Source: the human T2T-CHM13v2.0 reference genome, Homo sapiens
Assembly (NCBI RefSeq): GCF_009914755.1
Contig: NC_060928.1
DNA length: 64,000 nucleotides
Reading direction: 5' to 3' (one strand)
The translations under genes and the position numbers were made by a program. The notes beneath the pieces are model-generated. The model did not search any database. It saw only the letters and a program-made list of their open reading frames with translations, and was not told the origin of the DNA. Shown here piece by piece: positions 39,925-53,670 of the stretch (within the stretch, counting starts at the first letter, position 1; each line of letters starts with the position of its first letter).

Positions 39925-42900
39925 TACCAACTTATATCTGGTAATGTATCTCATTGAAATTGATTTTTATTTTTAGAGTAGTAAGTCTATGATTGTGATG
40001 TATTTTCAGTATGGCTTGCTGCTATGTTATAAGAGATCTGTTGGTTTTAAAACAAAACTGACCAACTTGTATAGCAAGTAACCAATGAGACATAAACCAT
40101 CTTGTGACAAAAGACGTTCCTATTCCTTTACATGTGGACACTTGTGTAAAGATACGCTTTATTAAAATAAGTGCCTATGAAAAAGAAATGTTTATAGCTA
40201 AATACAAAAAAAATTTCCTTTAATATTTAACATAGCTTTATGATATATCACAAATATAAAATTGAAAATATAATTTTGTAAACAAAACTCTATGCAATTC
40301 TCACATCCCAAAGTATACTTTAAATGAAATATGCCTTAAAAATACTTAGCTAGGTTCAATTGAGAAAGTTATTGTTTTAGACATCTCTTCTAAAATGCTT
40401 TACATTTACAAATTTATTAAACAGATATGACAGCACAAAACTGCTTCATATTTTACTTGAAATAAGAAGAGAGGAGCTTGTGATAACTTTAAGTAAATGC
40501 CTATTTTAAGTACATAAATTTGAAAAAAATCTAGGAACTACTAATGCAAGTTACACACAGAAATGATACGTTGGTTTCATTAACTTAGACCTTGGGTAGG
40601 GATGGGGGTATGGGGTAGGCACATTTACAATGACACATAAAAACAGCAATTGTCTTAATTTGTGTGCAGTGCACTCTACACAAAAGCCCTAAATATGTTC
40701 AAATTAGAGCAAGCTGCTTGATTGTCACTGCAGTCTCATGTCACATTAATGCATGACAAACATTAAACCATACACTTAAATGGCAATTTATATCATTTAA
40801 ATGTTTACTGCCAGACTAGCTCATCACTCATTTAAATGTGACTTTCTGACAGCTAATTTCAGTTAATTTTCTCCAATTCACTTAATTAGAACTTTCAATC
40901 AGGGAAGGACCTATGCATATCTTCAGGCTTACATCCTTTTTGGTGGCTGTTCGAAATCTGAGTTCATAAACTGCCGAAAAGCTCTACTATAATAGATTAG
41001 CATATAATATCTCTGAGTTTACAAAAAATATGACTCTATGAAGAGTATATACTCACAGTATATACTCTTAGAAAGAACTTATACTTATTTATGTAAATAG
41101 TACTCTTGCCAGTAGTTTAAATAAAAAACGTGTAGTTCATATACACACACTATTGAAACAATAAACAAACCCTGCATCCAAGCTAATTAAAAATTAATGA
41201 TTTCAAAATTGTTTAATAAGATAAAACAGTCAGGAGTCTCCTGAGTGTCCATGGTGTTGTGATTTGAGACCATAAAATTCTAGAAGGCTCAGCAAATGAC
41301 AAAGTACAAATGAATTTTCTCAATATTAAAGCTCTAAAAACTAGGGCAATTTTATTTTATGTGTCACCAAACAAAGAACTGTTGAATTTTCCTTACGGTT
41401 GACTACTTCTTTATGCACACTCAAAATGGTAAAGTTGGTTAGATTTCGATGCTTAAAGCTTTACATCTTGATACTGCATCAGAATTTTAAGCAAAAATGC
41501 TGAAAGGAAAGCTACCGTGTGCTCATATCATGCTGCAAACACACATGCAGAGATCACCACAATGCCATGGTTCAGACCTCACCTTACATTGTCATAGGTC
41601 AGTCCTTAAGGAGTTGACCAGTAATTCGCGGAACTATTGGCAAAATCACTTCCAGAAGTTGATAAACACGTTACCTTCATGAATATACTTTAAATAATTT
41701 CTCAAACACTCAACTAAAAATTCCATTAGTCAGCTTCAAGCATGTCTTGCAATATACCAAAGCTTTAAAAAGGGACCTAAAAGAACAAAGTGGTAAGTAT
41801 AAGAGAATTCCAAGAAGTTTCAAAGTCATTTCAGTACAAAGTCAGCTCCGAACTTTAACATCCTTTTGCTATCAGTGAATGACAACTGCCTAACCAAAAG
41901 TAGGTAATGCACTTAAGACTTGAGGGGAGAGAGAAGGACAGGCAGGAAGAAATTAAGGGAAAAAATACAAACAGAATGTAATTCAAAATGGAATACCCTG
42001 AGGTTGCCTTTTATAACTCCCATTTTTAAGATTTAAAAACATAAATCATAAAACCTATATTAAAATAGCTTTTTTATATATTAAGATTTTTAAAAAAAAT
42101 TCTTCATATATAGAAAATTCTCATTTAGATCTACATTTTTAGTTACAAAAAAATGAAAAATGCCAGTGGAATGCTGAGCATTTGAGATTTTTCAAAGCCT
42201 TCAAAACCGACAGTCCTCATTAAGCCTGGAGTTAAATACGGTTTGCAGCTAGGGGATAGTAACATTCTTCCCATGCTGCTCTCAAACCTAACCAATCAAT
42301 TGTTAGTACTCCCCTAGCAGGCTGCATACATCATTTACATCCAATGTGTGCTCTGAGTAATATTTGTAAAAAGAAAATCCACTAAAATGTCCAACACAAT
42401 ATAATAATATTCAACTCATCTGAGTTATTATAAAATAAATCAGTGACTAATGTCCAATTGTTAAGGATCAGATAAGACTATGAAAAGACTATCATGTGAA
42501 GCCTCACACGAATGTTCAATCCAATCCAGGGGGACTCATATTAGTGTTGACAAACTGTCTTGGCGCTGATATCTGTTTTTTTTAATGAGATCTATTAGGC
42601 AGAGTAAAATACTTCAGATATGCTAAAAAGTACAGTATACAGATGTCAAATACACTTATTACTAACTTTCATTTGTTTGTTCTGCATACAGAATATCAAC
42701 AAAGTTTTAATATTATAAAGATAATAGTAAATTATTCATAAATAGGAGGTTTGTATAACCCTGTGTCAGAAATAATTACAATATGTGTGTGTGTGTGTAT
42801 ATATATATGTGTGTGTCTGTGTGCATGTTTAGCAAATCTCACTGAAAGAACACAATCTATGCTTTCCTGAAACTAACTCACTTAAGAAATAGATTATTTC

Positions 42901-45900
42901 TTTATAAAAAGTGTTATATAAAATTATTATTTTCTATAGTGGAGTCAAAAAATGTGATAACATATAGAAACAGCTTTTTCCAAGAAACTCTAAGCTATTT
43001 GAGAATAAAAATTCTAAACTAAAAGGCATTAACTATGTATTTAATCTACACATGCATTAGTGATACACTAGCAATTTCCTTTTATTTTCAAAAAACCAAA
43101 TTTTTGCCAATGTAAAAATCAAGAAAACCAATTTCAATCAACAAAGGAAATTATTAGATAATTGTTTACCTCAAGACCAAGAAACCTTATTTGTTTATTA
43201 TTTATGTTTCTCATACTTGTCATTCCCAGCTTAATGCTAATATTTACTTATTCTTTGGCTAAACATTCTCATACCACTCCATTAAAAAAAGAAACTAAAT
43301 AAAAACTAGCAATATCTATGGGATAAATGATTTTTATAAAAAGTTAAATAAAAAGATCAAATATTCTTTATACACTTTTTATAACCAGAGAGAATAGGCC
43401 TAGGCAGCCCAGAAATACATTTCTGCACACCTGTACCACTACTTCCACTCCCAGGCTTCTAGAAGGCCCAAGGTACAAAGGTTCTGAGATACAAAATACC
43501 ATAGCTGTAAGTTTCAAATGAGAAAATGAAAATCACTGATTAACCCTCCTGACTTGAAATACATTTACTTATAAGATGTATTTAATCGTATTTATAATGA
43601 ATGAAACATCCATTTTGTAAAATTTTAATTGTACTTATAATTAAGAGTCTTAATTCATTTGAACATAGATAACAGTATGTTTTAAAGGAACTGACATTGA
43701 GATTGGCAAGGCGGTAATATACAAAGTTATAAACTTGGAATTTTAAGTATTTTTCATTTTAAATCCATGTAATACGGCCTTCTTCCTATACAAACACATA
43801 TACACACAGAGATTTAAAATGAACTGGTCTGTTATGTTTGCATGTGCTGGATTTCAAACACTAGTGGTAATGTTTCCTTAACATTGATATATGACCTTTG
43901 TAATTTACATTGAAGAAAGCTGTTTTTTTCAGCCTAATTAGAACTGTTTCAAATTTTCCTGCTAAATATATGATATAAAGTCCTTTCAACTTTTTTATTC
44001 TAGAGTTTCTTTCCATGTCAACTTTGTTCCAATCAAAATATGCTTTGAATTAAATGATTTTGATTGAATATGTGGATCACATTTCACTTCTAAGATGTAA
44101 AGTCCAAAAAGGAAAAGTTTAGCCTGTTCAAACAAAGCAAGAGCAGCCACTTTGCGGAAAGCTATTCACATTTAAGAAGACTGACAAATTGTTTGTGTGC
44201 ACCATTAGGTCTAGTTTCTGCAATAGTTGCCAGATTTCCTGTCCCCCTAATAAGATGCATTAACTCCTTAAATGCTGGCTCTGAATTTGTAGTGAATCTG
44301 AGTTACTTTAGCAAATTTCAATTTTATCTATAGGTAAATTTCCTTATTTGAAATAAATCTAAAGAAAATAAAAGAAAATTTGATGTTAACTATGTTGTAT
44401 CAAAATTTTCTAACAAAGGTCACAGAAAATTAACATTTTTTCATATTGGTTGGATATAAATTCAGAATACAAATATGTTTTCTATATGTGACTTGCCAGA
44501 AGTGACAAATTCACATCAATCCTCATTTAAAAAAAATGCATCAATTTCACTAATTTAAAGATTACATCTTCAGGTAAAACACAATGGAAATATTTAATAA
44601 ACTAAAATCCATGAATATGAGCATCAATTTCCTCCACATTGATTATATATAAAACACAATGCTTCAGAGTTCAGCTATTTACCTTAATATACATATATAT
44701 ATAATGTGAAACAAGCTTTATCCTATTTACAAAGAAAAGTTTAATTTTGAGAGCTTAAAAATATGTGTGAAATTGTGACATTAAGATCAATAAGTCATGA
44801 AGCCCAAGAAAGTAAAAATGGAGGATCAAAGATTTAGGGAAAAAACTGTGGGATGCTAAGAATAAAAATTGTATCAGACAGTTTTAAAAAATGAAATTTA
44901 GTCAACAACATACTGAAGTTCAGCCTGAAAAGCAGATAGAGAAATCACTAAAAGGGGTTCTATACTTCTAAACTGCCCTTGAACTGTTGGGCAGAAGAGA
45001 TATTTTGAGCCAGCAGTACACAGTTCATTTCTACATTTATATCATTACTAAAGAAAAGTGTGAGTTAGTATCGTATCTTGATATAACCATCAAGCACTCG
45101 TGCATCTTTTGGCAGGAGAATCATTCTGTCTACGATTGTTATTGTGTAGTTTTAAATGGACTAGTCAACCAGCTGTTATATATTTTATACACTGAAGGCC
45201 ATGTTTCCTTTGAAATTCATAGTTTTAATCTCAACTGAAGTCTGTATTGCTGTGTGCCAAGATCAAAAGGATTAGACAAACTTGTACAATTACCTTCCTT
45301 TACAGAGAGATGATTTTTAAAAAATGTTTAAAATACTCCTATATACTGACATTTTATCCAACTATTTTCTTTAGAACTACAGAACATTAAAACATTTAAT
45401 TAACATTTCAACCTTAGGTCACTTTTCATCTAAAATCTAGGAATTCACAACATACAGATATGCTAAACTAATTATAGTATCACACACATAGGGATATTGA
45501 GCTTTTTTTTTTTTTAAAAAAAAACCTTTAGTTTATTAAAAATGGATGGGGAAAAATTATACCTATTTCTTTTATGTGTTTGCATTTTGCAAGCCTTTGC
45601 TCAGAAAATAATTCATAGAGCTTACAGTGATATATATGCAGCAAGATACAAAAGAGAAGTGAGGCAATGCAAAATTTAAAGGGAGATATCACATAAAAAC
45701 TATGCCATGAAATTTCAAATACTTGTTTTAACAAATCTATATATGCTGAGCCATGTATTTGCTGCTAAGCTTTCTAGCAGGCAACATAAAGAAAGAAACA
45801 CGAACAATTACAGGAGACAAAAATGACCATAATGTAAAAACAAACCAGATGGCCTGGAAAAACACATTATTTCTATTCCTGAGATAAGAAATTCCTCCCT

Positions 45901-47549
45901 TGGCAATATGATGGAATCCAGGTATGTAACTCTCAGAGGGACTGAGTTAATCCTGAGATAGATTTAAAGTATAGACAAATGGGGAGACCACATATTCTTC
46001 AGATAATCTTGCACAAACATTATTTCTCTTAGAAAGGCTTTGAATGGTAGGTTCTAGATTGTGCTTCATGACAAGTACCTGGAATTAAGCTATTTTATTT
46101 TGTTAGTTAAATGCAGAGCTAATATGCTTTGATAACAGGTAAACTGAGTCCCAGGACTAATAACCTCCTAAGAATGTGAAGAGTATAAGGAGAAGGACAC
46201 AGCCTGTATGAAAGGCAGGCTCACCATTACTTGGAAGGTAGACTAGCCTGCCTTAAAACAGGCTCAAAGGTAAACTTTCTCACATAGATAAATATGCATC
46301 AAAAACTTCCAAATTCCAAACATGATGCTGTAATATTTATAGACATTAAAATGTTTAAAACAGGTATACTAGATGTTCAACTCTTTAAAAAATTAGTAAA
46401 GTATCCCTAGAAACTTAATGTTGAGGACTTTATATTGCTGTTATATTTTCTAAGATAAACTAGTTATAAACATAGACATAAGTAATTAAAATATTAATTT
46501 AAAGTGGTCAATTATCCACCTAGGTATAGAAAAATGAATGTTTCCTCTTCAGCAGCCATCACAAAATGTATTAATTTACTGTATGAACTCCTGTAGGTTT
46601 TATATTATATAGTCAGTTACAAAAGGAAGGAAAACAAAATAAAAAAAATTTAATCCCTTCCCATTTGCTTATCCATATAGATCTGATAAATACTAGCAGT
46701 CTCTTGCCTTTGAAGATGGCCAGACCAGAATCTCTACTTATTGCCAGATGTAGTTTAATCCCATGAGGACTCCAGACAAAAACAAGGAGCTGTCTGCATG
46801 GCACCAATGATTCCCTGGACTGACTGCCATAAACTTATACTGGCAAATCAAAATCCTTGGCAAAGTAGAACATTTATTATGTCATTACTCCTAAGAATAT
46901 CCAATAAAGAAAAACTTGAATTAAAAAAAAGCAAAAGTTGCTGAATATAAAGCATTAAGTTCTGCCAGAGAATCAAATTACATCTGCATTTACTTTGTGT
47001 ATGCGATTGCATACTTGTATATTATATAGGACTAAAAGTATTATACATTCTGCAACTTTCTATTAATGTTAGCATCTCTCTCATCTATTCATTCAGTAAA
47101 TATTTATTGAGTGGTTACTATTGGTCTTGTGCTAGACTCTGGGGATACTGAAATGAGACATCCCTTTGGAAGAAGGAAAGGGGAGCAAAAGGTCAGCTCT
47201 AAGACTACTTTCATAGTCTAAGTGAGAGGTAGTGAGAGCCTTAATCAAGAAAGTAGCATCCGGAGTGAAGAGGGGACAGAGTTCAGAAAGATTTAAGATA
47301 CAAGTTATTACTTACAGCAACTGATTACCAGTGTGAGGGGTGAAGAAAAAGGAATTTTGGGTGATCAGTTTGAACCTTAACCATACTAGAGGAGAAATTG
47401 TTCACATGGTAGAAGATTAGTTGAGTTTTGAACTTAGTATTAATATTTTGGACTTCCTTTTATAGACTTGAAATTAACCCTTTGTTTTGGATCTAAGGCT
47501 GAGAATTTTAGTGGAAGTTTGTACACTATTAAAGTATTAAAATATGTTT

Positions 47550-47923
<374 letters not shown>

Positions 47924-47929
47924 TTATAC

Positions 47930-48392
47930 CAGTTTTGTCCAACAGATATATATCCATGCCAGATATGCAATTTAAAATTTTCTAGTAGCCACATTTTTTT
48001 AATTTATAAAAAATTTTTTTTAAAAAATGACACAGGGTCTCGCTGTGTTGCCCAGGCCAGTCTTGAACTCCTGAGCTCAAGCAATCCTCCTGCCTTGGCC
48101 TTCCAAATTGCTGGGATTACAGGCTTAAGTCACCATGCCCAGCCTATAGTAGCCACATTTTAAAAAGTAAAAAAAAAAAAAAAGTAAAACTGTTTTAATG
48201 ACATGGTAATATTTTATCAAGAATATACAAAATATCATTTCAACATGTAATCAACATAGAAATTATTTTGTATTAAATCTCAGAAATCTGGTATACATTT
48301 TACACTTACAATGGACAGCACATGTTGATCACACTAGCCACATTTCAAGTGATCAACAACCACATGTGACTAGTGGTTATCAACTGGACGGT
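47930..48392. mobile_element. MER33 (hAT-Charlie) interrupted by an Alu monomer
   Basis: aatttaaaattttctagtagccacatt..caacatgtaatcaa..ctagccacatttcaagtg..ccacatgtgactagtgg. Confidence 0.8.
47997..48145 (-). mobile_element. FLAM/Alu left monomer
   Basis: Single reverse monomer; TSD tagtagccacattt at 47983-47996 and 48147-48160. Confidence 0.88.
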
Positions 48393-49624
48393 GAGGCTTT
48401 ATTCAGTTCCAAATACTGAATCTGCATCCAGATTTTGATACAAGACAGAATGCAGGAGTTAACAATACTTAACACTTTTAAAATACACCTTATCTTACTG
48501 AAAATAAAGATAAACCTTACAAAGTACGAAGTAACTGCCAGACTAAAATGACCTTCAATGCAGTTTTGAAGAGGCCATTACAATTCTCAGTGCCGTGAAG
48601 AATGGCTACACCTTAGGAAATGACAGCAGAAATGTAACATCTTCAAGTGTGAAACAGACATAATGTCCTACAGTGTATATTCTTCAGCCATTTATAGATC
48701 TCTGAGGAAATGTGGCAGCATCTGAAAGACGGCATTATGACTATCCTCTAAATAATAAAGGTAAAAGGGCTAATTCTACCAACTATGCTGTAATCTATAA
48801 ACTTTCCATCCTTAAAGGTCCTTAGTTAGAGTTCTTAAATTTTGGCTACTCAGCTCTATCAGTTATGTACTTTAAGAATTACCATATAGCCATAGACCAC
48901 AACTTAGTATAGGGGACATAATCTTTGCTGAAAGTCAGATATATGACATCTGTAATGTGTATGTATTCACAAAACTCATAAAAGACACTTCATTTTAGTA
49001 GCAGATAACGAGTCTCTGTCTACTCCTAGAGATTTTTTAACATCTACAATAACATTCTGATTCCCAAAATTTTGGGTCTGACTCTTTCTGCATTTTCGAT
49101 TAAATAATGATTAGTTAATAGGGTCAGTCTTTTAAAATTATTTTTAAGTAGCCATGAATACATATGCAATATGAGGTCAACAATAGAGACTTCTTGCAAG
49201 AGTTAAATACATTTCTTATTTATGTTTCCTTACCTCCCTTTCACTTCTTAACTAGTTTCTCCTCTTTCTGTTACAGGCACACCACTGAAAATGTTTTTGC
49301 AAAGATTACTAACTGTCTGAATCCAGTGTATGCTCATCTTTTCTCATTTCACCTCTGCATTATGGTGTTTGTTTCTCTTTCTTCTTCTCGCTTGACACTC
49401 TCTCTCCAGATTCTCTTTCTACATTTCTGATTTTCCTATTCATTTTCTTAATATAGGGTCTTTTTCCTCTAACATTTCAGCATTTATTCTCCTCAAGATT
49501 CAGTCCCAGGCCCTCTGCCTCTGGTATAACCCAGGCTAGATGAGCCACACTTCAATTACTTCAACCAACAATTACTACCTCTCTGGAGCTTCAAATACAA
49601 AATGCCAACTGCCCATCATACTAC

Positions 49625-49924
49625 TTTTTTTTTTTTTTTTTGAGACGGAGTCTCACTCTGTCGCCCAGGCTGGAGTGCAGTGGCGTGATCTCAGCTCACT
49701 GCAAGCTCCGCCTCCCGGGTTCATGCCCATTCTCCTGCCTCAGTTTCCTGAGTAGCTGGGACTATAGGCACCCGCCACCACGCCTGGCTAATCTTTTGTA
49801 TTTTTTAGTAGAGACGGGGTTTCACCATGTTAGCCAGGATGGTCTCGATCTCCTGACCTCATGATCTGCCCGCCTCGGCCTCCCAAAGTGCTGGGATTAC
49901 AGGCATGAGCCACCGCGCCTCGCC
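49625..49924 (-). mobile_element. AluY
   Basis: ctgcaagctccgcctcccgggttcatgcc, gttagccaggatggtctcgatctcc; TSD catcatactac/catcacactac. Confidence 0.94.
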
Positions 49925-50348
49925 CATCACACTACTTTTTTTGGTGTGCTTCACATAACTCAAAATTAATATATCAAAAACCAAATGAATAGTATTTCCT
50001 CTGACACTTGCTCCTTTTCTTGTCTTTCTGGTGAGGGACTAGGTCCTTCATCTAGTCAGCCAATTCAGAAATGTGGCAGTCATCTTGACTTCTCCTTTCC
50101 CCTCTCCCTACAAAATTTTATCAGACAATAAGCCTCCTAAATATCTTCCCAAGTCATTCTTTCTTTTCCTTTCACTGGGACTACCTTTGGTTTCATGCTT
50201 CATGATTTCTTTGTTCAGTTATTCTATCGGTATCCAAACTGTTTCTTTATCTCTAAAATTTCCCTTTTCAATCCCTCCTCCATATGAACTGCTATCTAAA
50301 ACCTAGCCAAGTCACTGCTCTCCTTAAAACTTTTCTCCTTTCCCTAAA

Positions 50349-50525
50349 GCAGTGGATCTCCAACTTTAACACACACCAAAATTAGCTGGAGAACTTGTTA
50401 AAACAGGCTCCAATCCACAGTCTCTGTTTCAGTAGATCAGGGGCAGAGTCCAAGAATTTGCCCTTATAACAAGATCTCAGGTGATACTGATGCTGCTGGT
50501 CCAGGAACTCCTTTTGGCCACCACC
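50349..50525. mobile_element. MER5A (hAT-Charlie MITE)
   Basis: cagtggatctccaacttt..cttgttaaaacag..caggtgatactgatgctgctggtcc. Confidence 0.8.
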
Positions 50526-50672
50526 TCCCCAAAGAAAAAAGTCCATACTATTTACGAGGCATTAAAGATTTATCGTACAATCTGCCTCCAGCCATATATT
50601 TCCATACACACCACCCACAGTTCTCTCAAACACATACTTCAGTCTACCATCTGAATTAAGTTTAGCTCATGT

Positions 50673-51011
50673 GGCTGCATGCAGTGGCTCATGCCTGTAT
50701 TCCCAGCACACTGGGAGGCTGAGGTAGGTGGATCACTTGAACCCAGCAGCTTGAGATCAGCCTGGCAGCCTGGCAGCCTGGGCAACATGATGAATCCCCA
50801 TCTCTACTGAAAATACAAAAAAATAAAAAATAAAAAATAGCAAGGCATGGTAGAGTGCTTGTAGTCCCAGCTACTTGGGAGGCTCATGTGGGAGGATCAC
50901 TTGAGCCTGAGCAGTTGAGGCTGCAGTGAGGTGTGATTGTGCCACTGTATGCCGGCCTGGGTGACAGAGAGAGACCTTGTCTCAAAAAACAAAGCAAAAC
51001 AAAACAAAAAA
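50673..51011 (+). mobile_element. AluJ within an L2 fossil
   Basis: Perfect 14-bp TSD agtttagctcatgt; internal (cagcctgg)x3. Confidence 0.92.
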
Positions 51012-52861
51012 CAGTTTAGCTCATGTACAGTACTATAACCTTGATATCTTTGTTCACAGCGCTTCTTATATCTGTAATGTCCATTCCATCATCTTACTCC
51101 CTGCCTGGCAAACCCCTATTCATTCTCAAAGACTAAGGTTACATATGGGTTCCTTGGCTAAGCCTTCCTCAACCTTCCCCAGAAACAGAACAAGGCATTT
51201 CCTCTTTTGGTCCCAGAATATATATTTATTCTCTCTCTTTCTCTCTTTGTGTCTCTCTCTACACATAATGTTAAATGCTTTCATGGTAATCTTGCTACTC
51301 CTTCATGGTATATATACAAGTATATTTATTATATTACATGTTATCACAAGTTATATATTTGTTTACTTTTTTATTTATTATCTATTTCCCTTACAAAACA
51401 ATAAATTCCAAAAGGGCAGGTACTATATACCATCTTTCTCACTGCTGTATAACCAGTATGTAGTAGGTACTCACAAAATATTTGTAGAATGAATGACTAT
51501 ATCACTTAATCTATTTCTCTAATTAGTTACTGTCATGTCTGTCTGCTTCTCATAATGGCAGCCCCAAAGGGCAGGTGTCACAGTCTTCCAATTTTGTGAT
51601 CACAGATCTAATTATCCAGTAGGCCCCTAATACATGTCTGTTGAATGAATGAATGGCATTTAAGAAACTCTTCTGATTTACCACAATTCAATGTCTATGC
51701 TGAGGGACTAGATCTTAAAGCACTGTTTAAGAAGCGTGAAATTGACCATAGCCACTTTACTTGGTTGATACAGTGCTGGTTTGGCAGAGTTATAGAAAAT
51801 TTGAAAAATTTCTGTGATTACTAGCCACTGCAAAATGAGCTGTCTGCAGTTTGTTAACCATACAATCAAATTTGAGGTAGAATGATTACATGGGAAGGAA
51901 AAAAAAGTGAAGTGGATATTAAAGTATCATCTTTCAAGGTTTTATTTTCTCTTCAATAGTGTCCAGAAGACAGATGCAAATGATATCCCTAATACACTTG
52001 ACAAAAGCTCAAGAAAGTCAGTATGTTATGCAAAGAAAACGCATCTAGAGGTCAACTTGGGGGAAATGCACTGTCCAACTAAACAACCACCACCACACTA
52101 TAACAATACCAGCAGCATTTAACATTTAGTGAGTATTTATGCTGTGCCCAGCTTTATGCTAAATGTTTTACATGGACTATTTTATTTAATCCTTACAATA
52201 ATCCTATAAGCACCACATTTTTAAAAACTGTTTTACAAATGAAGCTAAGAATGCTTAAGCAAATTGTCTGATGTCACAGCTAGTAAATGTCAGAGTTGTG
52301 ACCTGAACCCAGATTTCTCTGACTCCTAAAGCCATATTAACCACAACACATCCTTTTGAACCAAAGCTGCAATATGAAAACTCTAAAAATATGAAACCAC
52401 TACATAACATGGATTACTTTTCATTGGTTTCACATATATCATTTAGAAATACTAGTAACAAGTATTGCTGAGTATATACTAAATCTGGTGTGCCATGTTG
52501 ATCTGGAGGCTTTATTTACAGGTTTTACTGTTCTTTCAACTGGTTTTTTGCTTTGACACATGCATTTTTAAAACCAATACTTTCAACTTGTATTACAGCT
52601 TATTTTTCTCTTTTATTAACTGGAATGTAAGCTCCTAGAAGGTATAGATTATACCTGTATTCTTGGAACTGAGCATATAGTAGATGCCCAATAAATATTT
52701 ATTGAGCTGGATAAGAAATTTATATTCTAGGCCTCTTTTTCATTAATGTAACCATATATTCACTATAATATTTTATATCATAATAAAATATCATAAAAAT
52801 GTATATCATAAATATATATCATAATATATATACACACACAGAGAGAAAGTGTGTGTGTGTG

Positions 52862-53159
52862 TGAGAGAGAGAGAAAGAGAGAGACAGGGTGTCACTTTGT
52901 TACTCTGGCTGGAGTGCAGTGGTGTGAACACAGCTCACTGCAGCCTCGACCTCCTGAGCTCAAGTGATCATCTGGCTTCAGCCTCCCAAGTAGCTGGACT
53001 ACAAGCATGCCACCACACCCGGCGAATTTTTTTATGTTTTGTAGAGACAGAGTTTCACCATGTTGCCCAGGCTGGTCTCGAACTCCTGGACTCAAGCAAT
53101 CTGCCTGCCTTGGCCTCCCAAAGAGATGGGATTACAGGAGTGAGCAACTGCACCCGGCC
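52862..53159 (-). mobile_element. AluJ with tail converted to (GA)n/(TG)n
   Basis: Reverse dimer preceded by dinucleotide repeats. Confidence 0.9.
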
Positions 53160-53346
53160 TCATTATGATATTTTAAAAATAAACAGCCTTTAGAGCAAGA
53201 CAGAGAATGATACCAATATATTAGTTGCTAAGTCCAAAGACTCTTAATAAATAACCAATCCATTAAACAAAAAAACTATTTTAGGAATAGTTAATAATAG
53301 GAGTTCATTCTGCAAATTTCTAAACGTCCATGACATTAGCAACTTA

Positions 53347-53670
<324 letters not shown>

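Noticed and set aside
41490-41690. Possible cryptic exon (minus-strand GTAAG/GTGAG donors near 41578-41587)
   Set aside because: No convincing paired acceptor or BEACH-like translation
50977-51492. Longest ORF (171 aa)
   Set aside because: Starts in an Alu tail at a non-ATG codon and runs through L2 and low-complexity DNA; no protein-like features
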